A DNA stretch of 64,000 nucleotides, taken from Eledone cirrhosa (lineage: Eukaryota). The stretch spans positions 221,526,001-221,590,000 of the forward strand of contig OZ024740.1 of assembly GCA_964016885.1 (NCBI GenBank), given 5' to 3'. Numbering within the stretch: position 1 is the first letter of the stretch; each line of letters opens with the position of its first letter. Below the pieces are notes generated by a model. The model searched no databases, was not told the origin of the DNA, and worked only from the letters and a program-made list of their open reading frames with translations. The translations under genes and the position numbers were made by a program. Shown piece after piece: positions 1-11,469 of the stretch.

Positions 1-215
<215 letters not shown>

Positions 216-865
216 ATGAAAATTCACGTCGATTTAACCATGGTATGGATTTTTTAACTCTTTGATACTCTCATCAGTTATATTTCCTATTTTTGTTTAT
301 TTAAAATCACTCTTAATGTAATCTTCTTTTAGGAGAATGGTTATCTGTAAGCAGCTGCATGTTTTCTGTTTTAGTATAAATAGAATATAGACCATACCAC
401 ACACCCTCCGCACAAATGTAACAGCTTTGTATTTCTCTTCCCAGCAACTCCACACACACACATCCTCCATACAAATGTAACAACTTTGTACTTCTGTTAA
501 CATTCAAACATATTCATTTTTGCCGACAAGCTGTTGTTTTATATGTGTTAATTGTTTGATATTTTAATATTGATAACATATTCCAAATTTATTTCAACAT
601 CACTTCAGCAGAAATACCTTTCGGGATTTTGTTAGACTTCTTTTATTTTTCATTATAAATATGATCACTTAAGAATTTAACATTGTTTTCAATTATCGTA
701 GTAGTTGCCTCTAAGGATTGTTTAATACAAATGTTGTTCTTGTTAAAGAGTAAATGTTTACGAGAGATCTTTTCATACATAACATTTTATTATTTTTGTT
801 TATACGTTTTAACCTTTTACCTCTCTTGCAGATAGGAAGACAGGAACAGGAATAATTTTCTTATT

Positions 866-1190
866 CGATGGAAGTAAATCCTTAATCGGGGACGCGATGT
901 GTTGCGACTTGTTCTCCGCCTCCAACCTTGTTGCTTCGGCTGCAAATCCGGGCACCGCCGCTCTCAACGCAGAGGAGAGGAAGATAAGTAAATACAGGGA
1001 CTTGACCGACCTCTTTTTTTTCGTACCGGTCACCGTCGAGTCATCAGATGTCGTCGGTCCTCGCAATGCTGATTTCCTTCGTAAAATCGGAAAGACAGTA
1101 GCGCACCTGTGGAAGGAACTCCGCAAGGTGGGATGGCTGTTGCAGCGGGTGTCGCAACAATAAATTTGCTATTTTGTCAAGGTCAAACTG
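866..1190 (+). mobile_element. 3' fragment of a CRE-like non-LTR retrotransposon (restriction-like endonuclease region)
   Basis: Translation GSKSLIGDAMCCDLFSASNLVASAANPGTAALNAEERKISKY...FVPVTVES...FLRKIG...LLQRVS fits the CRE-clade pattern GK.L.WD.TC.D...AA..AE..K..KY...F.P..VET.G...FL..IG...L.QR.S. Confidence 0.75.
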
Positions 1191-2504
1191 AAACACCGTT
1201 CAGACTGGAGTGTGGAGTATGTCGCTTCCCCGCTTTCTTTCATCCCTTAATTCCCTTTTTCTTACTATTTTTCTTCTTTTCCTTTCTTTTTGTTTCTTTC
1301 TTTATTGCCATGTATATTGTACAGTTTTTATGAAATATTCTGTATTCTTTGTATTCTTAGAATAAAACTAATTTGGATCAGGATTGAGGGGGTAATTGGG
1401 TGTGGGTATGACAACCAATATAGAAGTATGCTAGTAAATAAATGCATTAAGACATAAAAAAATGAACCAATTGTATTTAAATGACAGATAGGTAGTGTAA
1501 TAAATATCTATACACCATATGGTAAGTGTGATTAAGGTTCATTTCGAATGTTTATATGGGGTAAGAATGGGGCGAGGAAAATGATTTAGTTCTTTGAAAG
1601 TTATTTTGCACAGAGATTATTAGTCAAGGCTTCATGTAATGATTAGACTAAGATAGATAGTAGTGAGGTGTGGTATAAAGTATATAGGTCCTATTGATTA
1701 GATACTCCTGCAGGAATAGGGGAACATTGGTGTAGAGATAGAAGTATACAAATAAAATAACCAATAGGCATGTGATTCGAGAGTGTTGGTTAATGTAAGC
1801 TTAATCATTTGTGAAACATTTGAATACAGAATTGAGTGTAATGTGTGTCTGTAAATTATAGGAAATTTTCTGGCGAATGATTAAATAATAGCAACATTAT
1901 AATCACTACAGAATCAGTACTTTTCAAAACGAATTCGCTGGTTGAGTCGAATAATTTTGTAAAGTCACAATGATAACGAGAAAAATAAAATGGCTGATTC
2001 AACACTAGACAAGATGGCAGTGTCATCACGCCGTCAACTTTTATAATCTATTAGTCTTTTAACTGACAAACATGGCCTATAATTTAGTTGCCACTAGCTA
2101 TTGGATAAAATATCTCACGATTTTCCGCTTGTTTTCTTTCGTCTTTTATGTTTCTACCTCTATGAGTTTATTTTTCTTCTTGACTGTGTCTTAAGTGCCA
2201 GAGAGTAAAGGAATCATAAATAAAGCAAAGAGACAAATGACAGAAAGGAAATATTTATTAAGAGAATGTGCGATAATTACAAAGTGTATTTTGTGTATAA
2301 CATGACACTTCAATTTCAATTTCATAATTTAAATATAGCAGACAAAACAGATACAATTGAAAAACAGTAGTTTTAACGATAATTTGAGGTTTTAAAGTTT
2401 ACATGTAGATTAATTGCTAACCTATGAGGTTTGCTTTATCTACTTTGTTCTGAATTCACAAGTAGTTGTGATGTTTATTACTTCCGTTAATAATATTGAT
2501 GTCT

Positions 2505-2640
2505 AATTTAGGCACAAGGCCAACAAATCTTGGCAAACTGGATTAATTCAACTTCAGTATCAATACTGGAATTATGAAAGGCAAAGTTTACCATAGAGGG
2601 ATTTGAACTCAGAATGTAAAGAACCTGAACAAATACAATG
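2505..2640 (-). mobile_element. Degenerate tRNA-derived SINE (family A) fragment
   Basis: Contains TTTAGGCACAAGGCC and ATGAAAGGCAAAGTT...GGGATTTGAACTCAG, shared with the other copies. Confidence 0.7.
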
Positions 2641-4124
2641 AAAAGATGGAGAAACAATTAAACAACATAGAAAAATCTATTTTATTTTTGTTGCGTCATG
2701 GTCCCGTTGGTCGGAACAGCAAAGGCCTTATAGCTGGAGGATGGAGAAGGAAATGTGTGAAAGAGTCAGTCAAACTCATGGGGTTCGTTCTAGTGGATGG
2801 CTATCTCCATTATCTCTTGCAGCTAATAAGGAGGTGGTTTTGGGACCTAGGATCCTAAATGTTTCAAACGCTTTGGATTCGACAAGAAATCTATTTAAGA
2901 ATGGCCTGTACTCAGTCAACTTGCGAGCTTTAATCTGTCGGACGACTGAGTCTAGTTCTGACTCTGATTTCACCAAATTAACGCTGTAGATTATACCGCA
3001 GCAGATAAGAGGCTTACAACATCGAAAGACATTTACTTAAGCGAATAAGTTAAACACGTATCTAAAATAAGTTCAAATGTACTTCATAAGAGAAACAGAA
3101 AAATAACATCATGTTATTTAAATATTCTTAAATGTAGGTTAAAGATAATTAGAATATATTGAATCTAGTGTAGTAGTTTAGACGACTGCGAGAACATCAA
3201 TCTTTTAAAAGGTGGGAGGAGGGGAAGAAAAATGTATTTAAGATGATGAATCTTCCATTAGTTTCGTTGAAAAAGATTTAGTTGTTCAAACAACTAAACT
3301 CTCCACTGTTGAATTAACGTGTAAGTGGTTCAGTATTTCGTAGTCACGTGTACATTTAATGTAATTCTCACGCAGATTCAACGTGAGATAATATGTGACA
3401 AAGCCGGACGAAGCTAAACGAGGTAGTGGTAATATGTTTGCTGGTATATAATTGAGAGAACTCATAATGATAAAAATGATAACGTAGGTACCTAGGGAGG
3501 AGAAACATATAAATTTAACTCCTGATGTTAAGCGAATCTGGAAAACATACAAGGTCGTGATTGTTAGTGGTAGTAAGCTGCACAGGCAGCACCTCGAAGG
3601 GTGTCTATATATGTATGTCCCACCCCCTCACACATACGCACACACACACATACACACACACATATACCAAACTGGCGAAATGAACACACACGTGATATTC
3701 ATCACCCAAATTTTTCCATTTCTTCCTCATCTCACTCTCCTCTATCTTTTTATTTATTTATTTTGTTTACTTCTCATTTTACCTTCTGATGAAAGACTAA
3801 TGCCCGAATCGTTAAATTCGTTATCAAGTGTTAAATTAATATATATCTTCATTGTATTGTATCGTTTGCTCTTCGTCTACGTTTAGCACATCACATACAC
3901 ACACACCTATATATATATATATATATATGTATATCAGATAGGGTGCGGTAAAAAACCAGTTAGACCATAACCCACCAGAGTACTCGATACTTGGGGTAGT
4001 AGAGTGGGTAATATGAAAAGATTCAGGAATCCGACGGCTGAGCTCCGGCAGTTTCGACAGCTAGATCCGAACGGATCTGAATCTTTTCATATATATATAT
4101 CTTTTCATATATATATATATATAT

Positions 4125-4730
4125 AAAATTAGAATTGGTGCTCTGAAATAGCGATATATATATATATGAATGTATATATAGTGTATTTTACAATACACTG
4201 TATGCTTAATTAAAAGCATTTCGAAGACCTGACGCTATTGTTTTAGAGCAGTGACAGGGGAGATAAAGCTGACAGAGCTCTGTTTCGTACTTTTTGGTAA
4301 TTATCAAAGCTAAGTACTCCGCCTGTTTGCTGAAAATCATGAATGTTTGATTCTTATAGAATTCTAGTAATAATCAGGAACTGATTATACAGAGCGGTTG
4401 CCGGTCAAGCAGAAATTGAAAATTAGAATTGGTGCTCTGAAATAGCGATATATATATGAATGTATATATAATGTATTTTGCAATATACTGTATGCTTAAT
4501 TAAAAGCATTTCGAAGACCTTACGCTATTGTTTTAGAGTAGTGACAGTCTCACTTACTTTAAATTTTCAGCAAACAAGGGGAGATAAAGCTGTCTGGATG
4601 TTTGATAGTTATCACAATTCAGTTTGTACATGTTCTTAATTCATTCTTTTAATTGAGTCTGGCCAATCGTATTGTTTATAGTTAGTATACTATTCACCCT
4701 AGCGAATCTGGTCCCTTATAATTTGAACAC
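4125..4730 (-). mobile_element. Probable Penelope-type terminal-repeat relic with internal ~130 bp direct repeat and a degenerate hammerhead
   Basis: 4125-4255 is repeated at about 4420-4547. The minus strand at 4267-4311 reads AGCU-UUGAUAA-UUAC-CAAAAA-GUAC-GAAA-CAGAGCUCUG-UC-AGCU. (TA)n lies at the left edge. Confidence 0.5.
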
Positions 4731-4905
4731 ATATATGTATATATCTATGTTTATCTCTCTTTATTATATTAAATTATATTATACGGCTCGGAAAATGTTT
4801 TCCTTGAGCTATTTTAATTGTAAGGGACTATTCTGAGTTTCTAACTCAATATATACTTTTGACATACATACATACATACATACATACATACATACATACA
4901 TACAT

Positions 4906-5303
4906 GGTGGCTGCCAACTCGTTTTCGAGTACGGCCACTACTTTATATCCATGTAGGAGAACTCCTACCGATGCGCTGAACGAGTGTGACTTTTTAGTCC
5001 AGCCAGTTGAAAACTCTGGTACAAACACTACACTTGTGACAATTATTGATACATAGTGCTGGGCCCATGGTACCATGTGACGACATGTGCAGAGAGATCT
5101 CCAGATATAAAGCAATGCCTGTGCCGTGAAGCTTTTATAGTGAGCAAAGGCACTGCACAAAGCCAGTCCCTCTCTCTTAACCAAGATGATATTTACCAAA
5201 AAGAAGAACATGACAACATTATTGGATACCATCAGAGTTGCAGGTGTTATATCAGAGTTTTCCTTCTCCTAGAATTCTGCCTTGACAAAGGCTAAGGGGT
5301 CAT
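4906..5303 (-). mobile_element. Non-autonomous RTE-derived element (5'-truncated copy 1)
   Basis: Near-identical to 18015-18412, 18515-18912 and 56770-57180; (CATA)n on both sides. Confidence 0.9.
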
Positions 5304-5338
5304 ACATACATACATACATACATACATACATACATACA

Positions 5339-5372
<34 letters not shown>

Positions 5373-5409
5373 ATATATAAGATCAAAAGATGGTTAAAAG
5401 AGTTCCATG

Positions 5410-5480
5410 TATTTTATTATGCGCATTTCAAAAACAAATATCATCATGCGATGACATTTGCATTTTCGTCAGATAAAATA
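5410..5480 (-). ncRNA. Type I hammerhead ribozyme motif (intact core)
   Basis: UAUUUUAU-CUGACGA-AAAUGCAAAUGUCAUC-GCAU-GAUGAUAUUUGUUUUU-GAAA-UGCGCA-UA/AUAAAAUA. Stem I is 8 bp, stem II about 16 bp, and stem III is the palindrome AUGCGCAU. Confidence 0.85.
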
Positions 5481-5551
5481 GGGAGATTTTATATGTTGAT
5501 TTAAAACTGCACTATTCACAAGTGTTTTTTAACCTTCATATCATGTCTCTC

Positions 5552-5622
5552 TATTTTATCTGACGAAAATGCAAATGTCATCGCATGATGATATTTGTTT
5601 TTGATATGCGCATAATAAAATA
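5552..5622 (+). ncRNA. Hammerhead motif copy with GAAA>GAUA core mutation
   Basis: Same sequence as 5410-5480 but with TTTTTGATATGCGCAT. Confidence 0.65.
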
Positions 5623-5727
5623 CATGGAACTCTTTTAACCATCTTTTGATCTTATATATTATTTATATTCCAGTCCTACAAACTGTAGAGTGGATTGCTT
5701 TATTGTACTACAATAAAACTCACCTCC

Positions 5728-5832
<105 letters not shown>

Positions 5833-6159
5833 ATTTTACTTGGATTGAGAGAAAATTGCATAATCATAATGTCCTATTAATATAATTAAATCTCTGAAAA
5901 TGGATGAGATATAAATCAGCATCTCAATATAAGGCTCAGCATAAGGCTTATTATGTACGTTTAGAAAATCTATTAAGTTGTTATAAGTGTATTTCTGGAG
6001 ACTTCTTATGAAAGACGTACACACACACACACAAGGCAAAGTAAGAATGTTGTAGATATTGATTTTATAAAATCCTTTTCTGAGAGTTGTAATTATTTTT
6101 AGGTAAATATGTTTAATAATAGAATCGTATGACGTTATCGATAGATTTCAATCCGGCTG

Positions 6160-6284
6160 TTAATGTGATTGTCGTTGTTGCTGTTGTTGTTGTTGTTGTT
6201 GTTGTGGTAGTTGTGGTTGTGATTGTCGTTGTTGTCGTTGTTAATGTGATTGTCGCTGTTGTTGCCAATGCTGCTGCTGTTGTT

Positions 6285-6343
<59 letters not shown>

Positions 6344-6348
6344 CGTTT
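6160..6348. repeat. (GTT)n degenerate trinucleotide repeat
   Basis: Direct reading. Confidence 0.95.
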
Positions 6349-6743
6349 TGCTTCAGGTTAGCTCTGATGGACATTTTTTTCCAGTATTTTATATCTCTGC
6401 CAACACTGTACTACATATCTTGTTCTGCGATGACTGTAATTTGAGGGAAATTTGGTTACAACTTCAAGCTGGGTGTGCGACCACATAGTGGTTCCATTGG
6501 TTTGTTAAATATTTTAAATAGTAGTTAATTGATTCTGAATGAGCAGACTATGATAGAAGTCTGTTTCTGACAGTATAGCTAGGACTGTGTTATTCAGTCG
6601 GTTCCATGTTTTAAAGGCAGTACGTTAATATTTGATGGAGAATAGGTAGTTATTTCGAGCAAGTTGGGTAACCAGGTAGAAGCCGACCCACCTCATTAGC
6701 CTCTTGCTTCCCTTTTTTTTCATAGTAACAAATCAAGAAACAA

Positions 6744-7195
6744 AGAGATCTAGAGAGAGAGAGAGATCTAGAGAGAGATCTAGAGAGAGAGAGAGAGATC
6801 TAGAGAGATCTAGAGAGAGAGAGAGATCTAGAGAGAGAGATCTAGAGAGATCTAGAGAGATCTAGAGAGAGAGATCTAGAGAGAGATCTAGAGAGATCTA
6901 GAGAGAGAGAGAGGGAGAGAGAGAGAGCGAGAGAGAGAACGGGATTAAGAGCGCTTGAGAGATCTAGAGAGCAAGAGGGAACTAGAGATCTAGGGAGAAA
7001 GAAAGAAATCTAGAGAGGGGGGGGGGGCAGAGAGTTAGGGATAACTAGAGCTCTAGAGAGATTTAGAGATCTAGAGAGAGGGAGAGAGAGATCTAGAGAT
7101 CTAGAGAGAGAGATCTAGAGATCTAGAGAGAGAGAGAGATCTAGAGATCTAGAAAGAGAGAGAGAGAGAGAAAGAGAGAAAAGAGAGAGAGAGCG
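6744..7195. repeat. (GA)n tract punctuated by AGATCTAG units
   Basis: Direct reading. Confidence 0.9.
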
Positions 7196-7739
7196 TGACA
7201 ATAGCAGTTTTTTGGTATTCTTGTATTTTAGATTGTTGTTGTTTAGCCCAACTCACCAGTAATCGATTTGGTTTTTGATTAAAGGCAATATAGGAATAAA
7301 TTACATAGTGTGACCTTTTCTATGTTAAAACAGTATAGTTTTATTTAAGGGAGATTTGGCTACTATTTCTAAGAGGTCGTATGATCACGTAGTGTTTTCT
7401 ATGCTGGCTCGTGTTTGATGTCGTTAACATTTTATTAGAATTGCTAGAAATTTAATGGTTTTTTTAACATTTTAGTCAGGGAGGTAAGGACAGTGCTAAT
7501 AGCCTTTTTCTGGGTCTTTGAGGCTGGTGAAAAAAAAAGAGGAAAACATTAGGAGACCTGGCCTAAATGCTGCAACAGCGTAAACGTCGATAAAAGACCC
7601 AAGGATCAGGTAGTGCTGCTAAAACAGGCGATAGATTAATATGGAACTCAGGTAGGCCACAGCAGAATATAAACCGAAAATGCCAAGAACAGGAACACAT
7701 ACTGCTAGATATTGCGGTCGACAATCTAGCAATTCCATC

Positions 7740-7885
7740 AATCCACCGCTTTGAAATGGTACCTCATTTCATCGACTCTCGTAAGATGAAAGGCAAAGTT
7801 GACTTCGGTGGGATATGAAAATGGAGCGCAGAGAAACTGGACAAATACTACAAGGCATATTTTTGTTTCACACCCTATCAATTCG
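7740..7885 (-). mobile_element. Degenerate SINE family A fragment
   Basis: TCATCGACTCTCGTAAGATGAAAGGCAAAGTTGACTTCGG core. Confidence 0.65.
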
Positions 7886-7955
7886 TGAATAGAAGAGGTG
7901 AGTTGGAAAAAAAAAAGACTCAAATTCAAAAGGAAAAATGATCTGCACGTAAATT

Positions 7956-8272
7956 CAGTGCAACCTCGTTCCTGGAGGTCTTCGTCAACCGAAATATTCG
8001 TAAACCCATTTTACCCATACGAAATATTGAGAGAGAAATACAGTGAGAGAGAGAGAGAGACTGTGTGTGAAAGATAGATACATATCACCATAGTAACTAA
8101 CTACACATCAAGTGCCGCTTTCCTACCGATTCTCCAAGCTTGTCGGCAACCGTTGTTGTTGTCTCGCGTATTCGAGGCACTCTTAGTCTCCCGAGACGTT
8201 TTATGTTCAGAAAAAGTGTTCGTGAACCGATTTGTTCGTGGCGAGAGGCGTTCGTGAACCGAGGTTCCACTG
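7956..8272. mobile_element. Tigger/pogo-like MITE
   Basis: The right end reads TA-CAGTGGAACCTCGGTTCACGAAC on the minus strand; degenerate left TIR CAGTGCAACCTCGTTC; subterminal TTCGTGAACCGA repeats. Confidence 0.55.
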
Positions 8273-8707
8273 TATTTTGCTTGAGGACAGGGTGAGAATA
8301 AATCAAACTAAATCTACTTATCAGTGAACACGTAACTTCCGTTTCAATACCGATAGTTATAATTGAATAATTTCCAGCAATGATCTTACAAGGCGCGTGA
8401 CATATGGTTAGAGAAGGTAGTTTGAGCTCTGGATCACAAAGTCGTGGGTTTGGTTCTGAGAGCAAGTGGCATATTGTGTCATTTTCGTTCACCTTTCTCC
8501 AGTACATTAAACTAGAAACAAGGGTACCATAAGTGAGGTGTTTTGTACTCTCACTTGCTTAATGCTACATTAAATAGACATAAGTTTCATCTTATTGATC
8601 TTGTAGGCTTAACATTCAACAGATTATTGATATCTGTGTATCTACAAGGTAACATCATTGGTGATATATGAGGTAAGTTGAGCTGTTTGATATTATACGC
8701 CAGCAAA

Positions 8708-8931
8708 GGGCAGTGGATTGGCAGTATCGGTAGAGCGTCGGACACCATGCATTGAAGCATAGAGTTACGGCCCTTTATGATCTGAGTTCAAATCCCGCCG
8801 AGGTTAACTTTGCCTTTCATCCTTACGGGGTCGATAAAATAAAGTACCAGTCACGCACTGGAGTCGATTTAATCGACTTTCCCCTTCCCCAAAATTGCTG
8901 GCCTCGTGCCTATATGAGAAACCAATATTAT
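8708..8931 (+). mobile_element. tRNA-derived SINE family A, full-length long-tail form
   Basis: A-box-like TGGCAGTATCGG and B-box GTTCAAATCC. Central GCCTTTCATCCTTACGGGGTCGATAAAATAAAGTACCAG resembles the Meta/MESC SINE domain (from memory). About 10 copies in the window. Confidence 0.88.
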
Positions 8932-9139
8932 ACACCAGTAAAGAAATGCACCCAGTGAACTCTGTAAATTAATTGGTTTTAGGTAGGTTATCTAACCGTC
9001 GACACCATGTCAAACAGAGAATGGATGATTGATACAGAATGTGTATCTGAGCCGTCTGATAAGAGAGGAACACCAAATAGGGGCTGACCTTTGACCTTAA
9101 CGAACCGTTCAAATCACACTTGTACAGATAAACGGATGT

Positions 9140-9520
9140 CAAATAATGGTGATGGTGATGGTGATGGCAATGATGATGAAGGTGATAATGATGGGGATGA
9201 AGATGATGATGGTGATGATACAGCTGATGATGATGGTGATGATGATAAGGCTGATGATGATGATAATGATTATGATGATGATGTTGTTGGTGAAGGGCAA
9301 GATGAGGATAATGGTGGTGATGATGATGATGATGATGATGATAGTGATGATGGTGATGATGATGGTGGGGAGCATGGTGATGATGGTGATGGTGCTGATG
9401 ATGGTGATGATGGTGGGGAGCATGGTGATGATGGTGATGGTGCTGATGATGGTGATGATGGTGGGGAGGATGGTGATGATGATGATGATGATGGTGATGG
9501 TGATGATGGTGGGGAGGAGG
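9140..9520. repeat. (GAT/GGT)n trinucleotide repeat
   Basis: Direct reading. Confidence 0.95.
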
Positions 9521-9604
9521 ATATCAGTAACTTCTATCAATCCATCTTATTTCTTATGTCTCTCTCTATTTTTTTCTCTCTACATACACTCTCTCTTTCT
9601 CTAT

Positions 9605-10185
9605 CTTCACACACATATATACACACACACACACACACACATATATACACACCCACACATATATACACACACATATATATACACACACACACATATATAC
9701 ACACCCACACATATATACACACCCACACATATATACACACACATATATATACACACACACACATATATACACACACATTTATACACACACACACATATAT
9801 ACACACACACATATATATACACGCACACACATACATACACACACACATATATACACACACACACATATATACACACACACATATATACACACACATATAT
9901 ACACACACACATATATACACGCACATATATACACACACACATATATACACACACACACATATATACACACACACATATATATACACGAATACACACAGAC
10001 ACGCACACATAAACACACACACACATGCACACATTCCCCGATTCACTTTCTACATCCACAGACACGCATACTCGCACGCATGCACACACATACACACGCA
10101 CGCACATACACACACACACATACGCATTCTCTTGTTTACTTTCTACATCCACACACATACACATACATACGCACACACATCCTTA
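9605..10185. repeat. (CA)n/(TA)n compound low-complexity tract
   Basis: Direct reading. Confidence 0.93.
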
Positions 10186-10187
10186 GA

Positions 10188-11200
10188 CGTACACACACAT
10201 CCCTGCACCAACTCCCTCTACACACCCGTACACACACATCCCTGCACCAACTCCCTCTACACACACGTACACACACATCCCTGCACCAACTCCCTCTACA
10301 CACCCGTACACACACATCCCTGCACCAACTCCCTCTACACACACGTACACACACATCCCTGCACCAACTCCCTCTACACACCCGTACACACACATCCCTG
10401 CACCAACTCCCTCTACACACACGTACACACACATCCCTGCACCGATTCCCTCTACTCACCCGTATACACACTCATTCACACACACATCCCTGCACCAACT
10501 CCCTCTACACACACATCCCTGTACCAACTCCCTCTACACACACGTACACGCACATCCCTACACCAACTCCCTCTACACACACATCCCTGCACCAACTCCC
10601 TCTACACACACGTACACACACATCCCTCCACCAACTCCCTCTACACACACGTACACACACACATTCACACACACATCCCTGCACCAACTCCCTCTACACA
10701 CACGTACACACACATCCCTGCACCAACTCCCTCTACACACACGTACACACACATGCCTGCACCAACTCCCTCTACACACACGTACACACACATCCCTGCA
10801 CCAACTCCCTCTACACACACGTACACACACATCCCTACACCAACTCCCTCTACACACACATACACACACATCCCTCCACCAATTCCCTCAACACACACGT
10901 ACACACACATCCCTGCACCAACTCCCTCTACACACACATCCCTGCACCAACTCTCTAAACACACACGTACACACATCCATGCACCAACTCCCTCTACACA
11001 CACATCCCTGCACCAACTCCCTCTACACACACCTAGACACGTACACACCTAGACACGTACACACACGTACACACTCACATCCAAGCACCGACTCCCCCAA
11101 CACACACGTACACACACATTCACACACATACTCCTTTTCACACTCTACATCAACACACACATACACACACATCCATGCACCAACTCCCTCTACACACAAA
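10188..11200. repeat. 39-bp minisatellite CGTACACACACATCCCTGCACCAACTCCCTCTACACACA
   Basis: Tandem units, visible as 13-aa repeats VHTHPCTNSLYT(P/H) in the spurious ORF. Confidence 0.93.
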
Positions 11201-11409
11201 CCCTCTCTATCTCCGCCTAGAAGATTTTCTCTGGGAAGCCATTTAAAATTACAACGGTTGTTCAAACTACGTGAGCTGTGTTGATTTATGCCTATGTACT
11301 CATTGTTTATGTATGAACATCCAGTCTGGGTTCCTGGATATAAAGACTTCAGCTACAGATAATGTATTTAAGTACTAGTACAGTATGTGTGTGTGTGTAT
11401 GTGTGTATG

Positions 11410-11443
<34 letters not shown>

Positions 11444-11469
11444 TGTATGTATGTATGTATGTATGTATG

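Larger units (their letters stand above)
5371..5660. repeat. Inverted repeat (~115 bp arms, ~58 bp spacer) carrying hammerhead motifs
   Basis: 5371-5487 is the reverse complement of 5546-5660 with about 2 mismatches. Confidence 0.93.

Noticed and set aside
2776-2990. Possible terminal exon on the minus strand (VKSESELDSVVRQIK...)
   Set aside because: Short, no recognisable homology and a weak acceptor.
3783-3835. Hammerhead at CTGATGA...CGAAT
   Set aside because: GAAA is mutated and stems I-III cannot be convincingly paired.
8708-8800. tRNA gene
   Set aside because: The A/B boxes belong to a multi-copy SINE head, and no cloverleaf can be drawn.
9091-11052. 653-aa ORF
   Set aside because: Translation of (GAT)n, (CA/TA)n and a 39-bp minisatellite; open in several frames on both strands.
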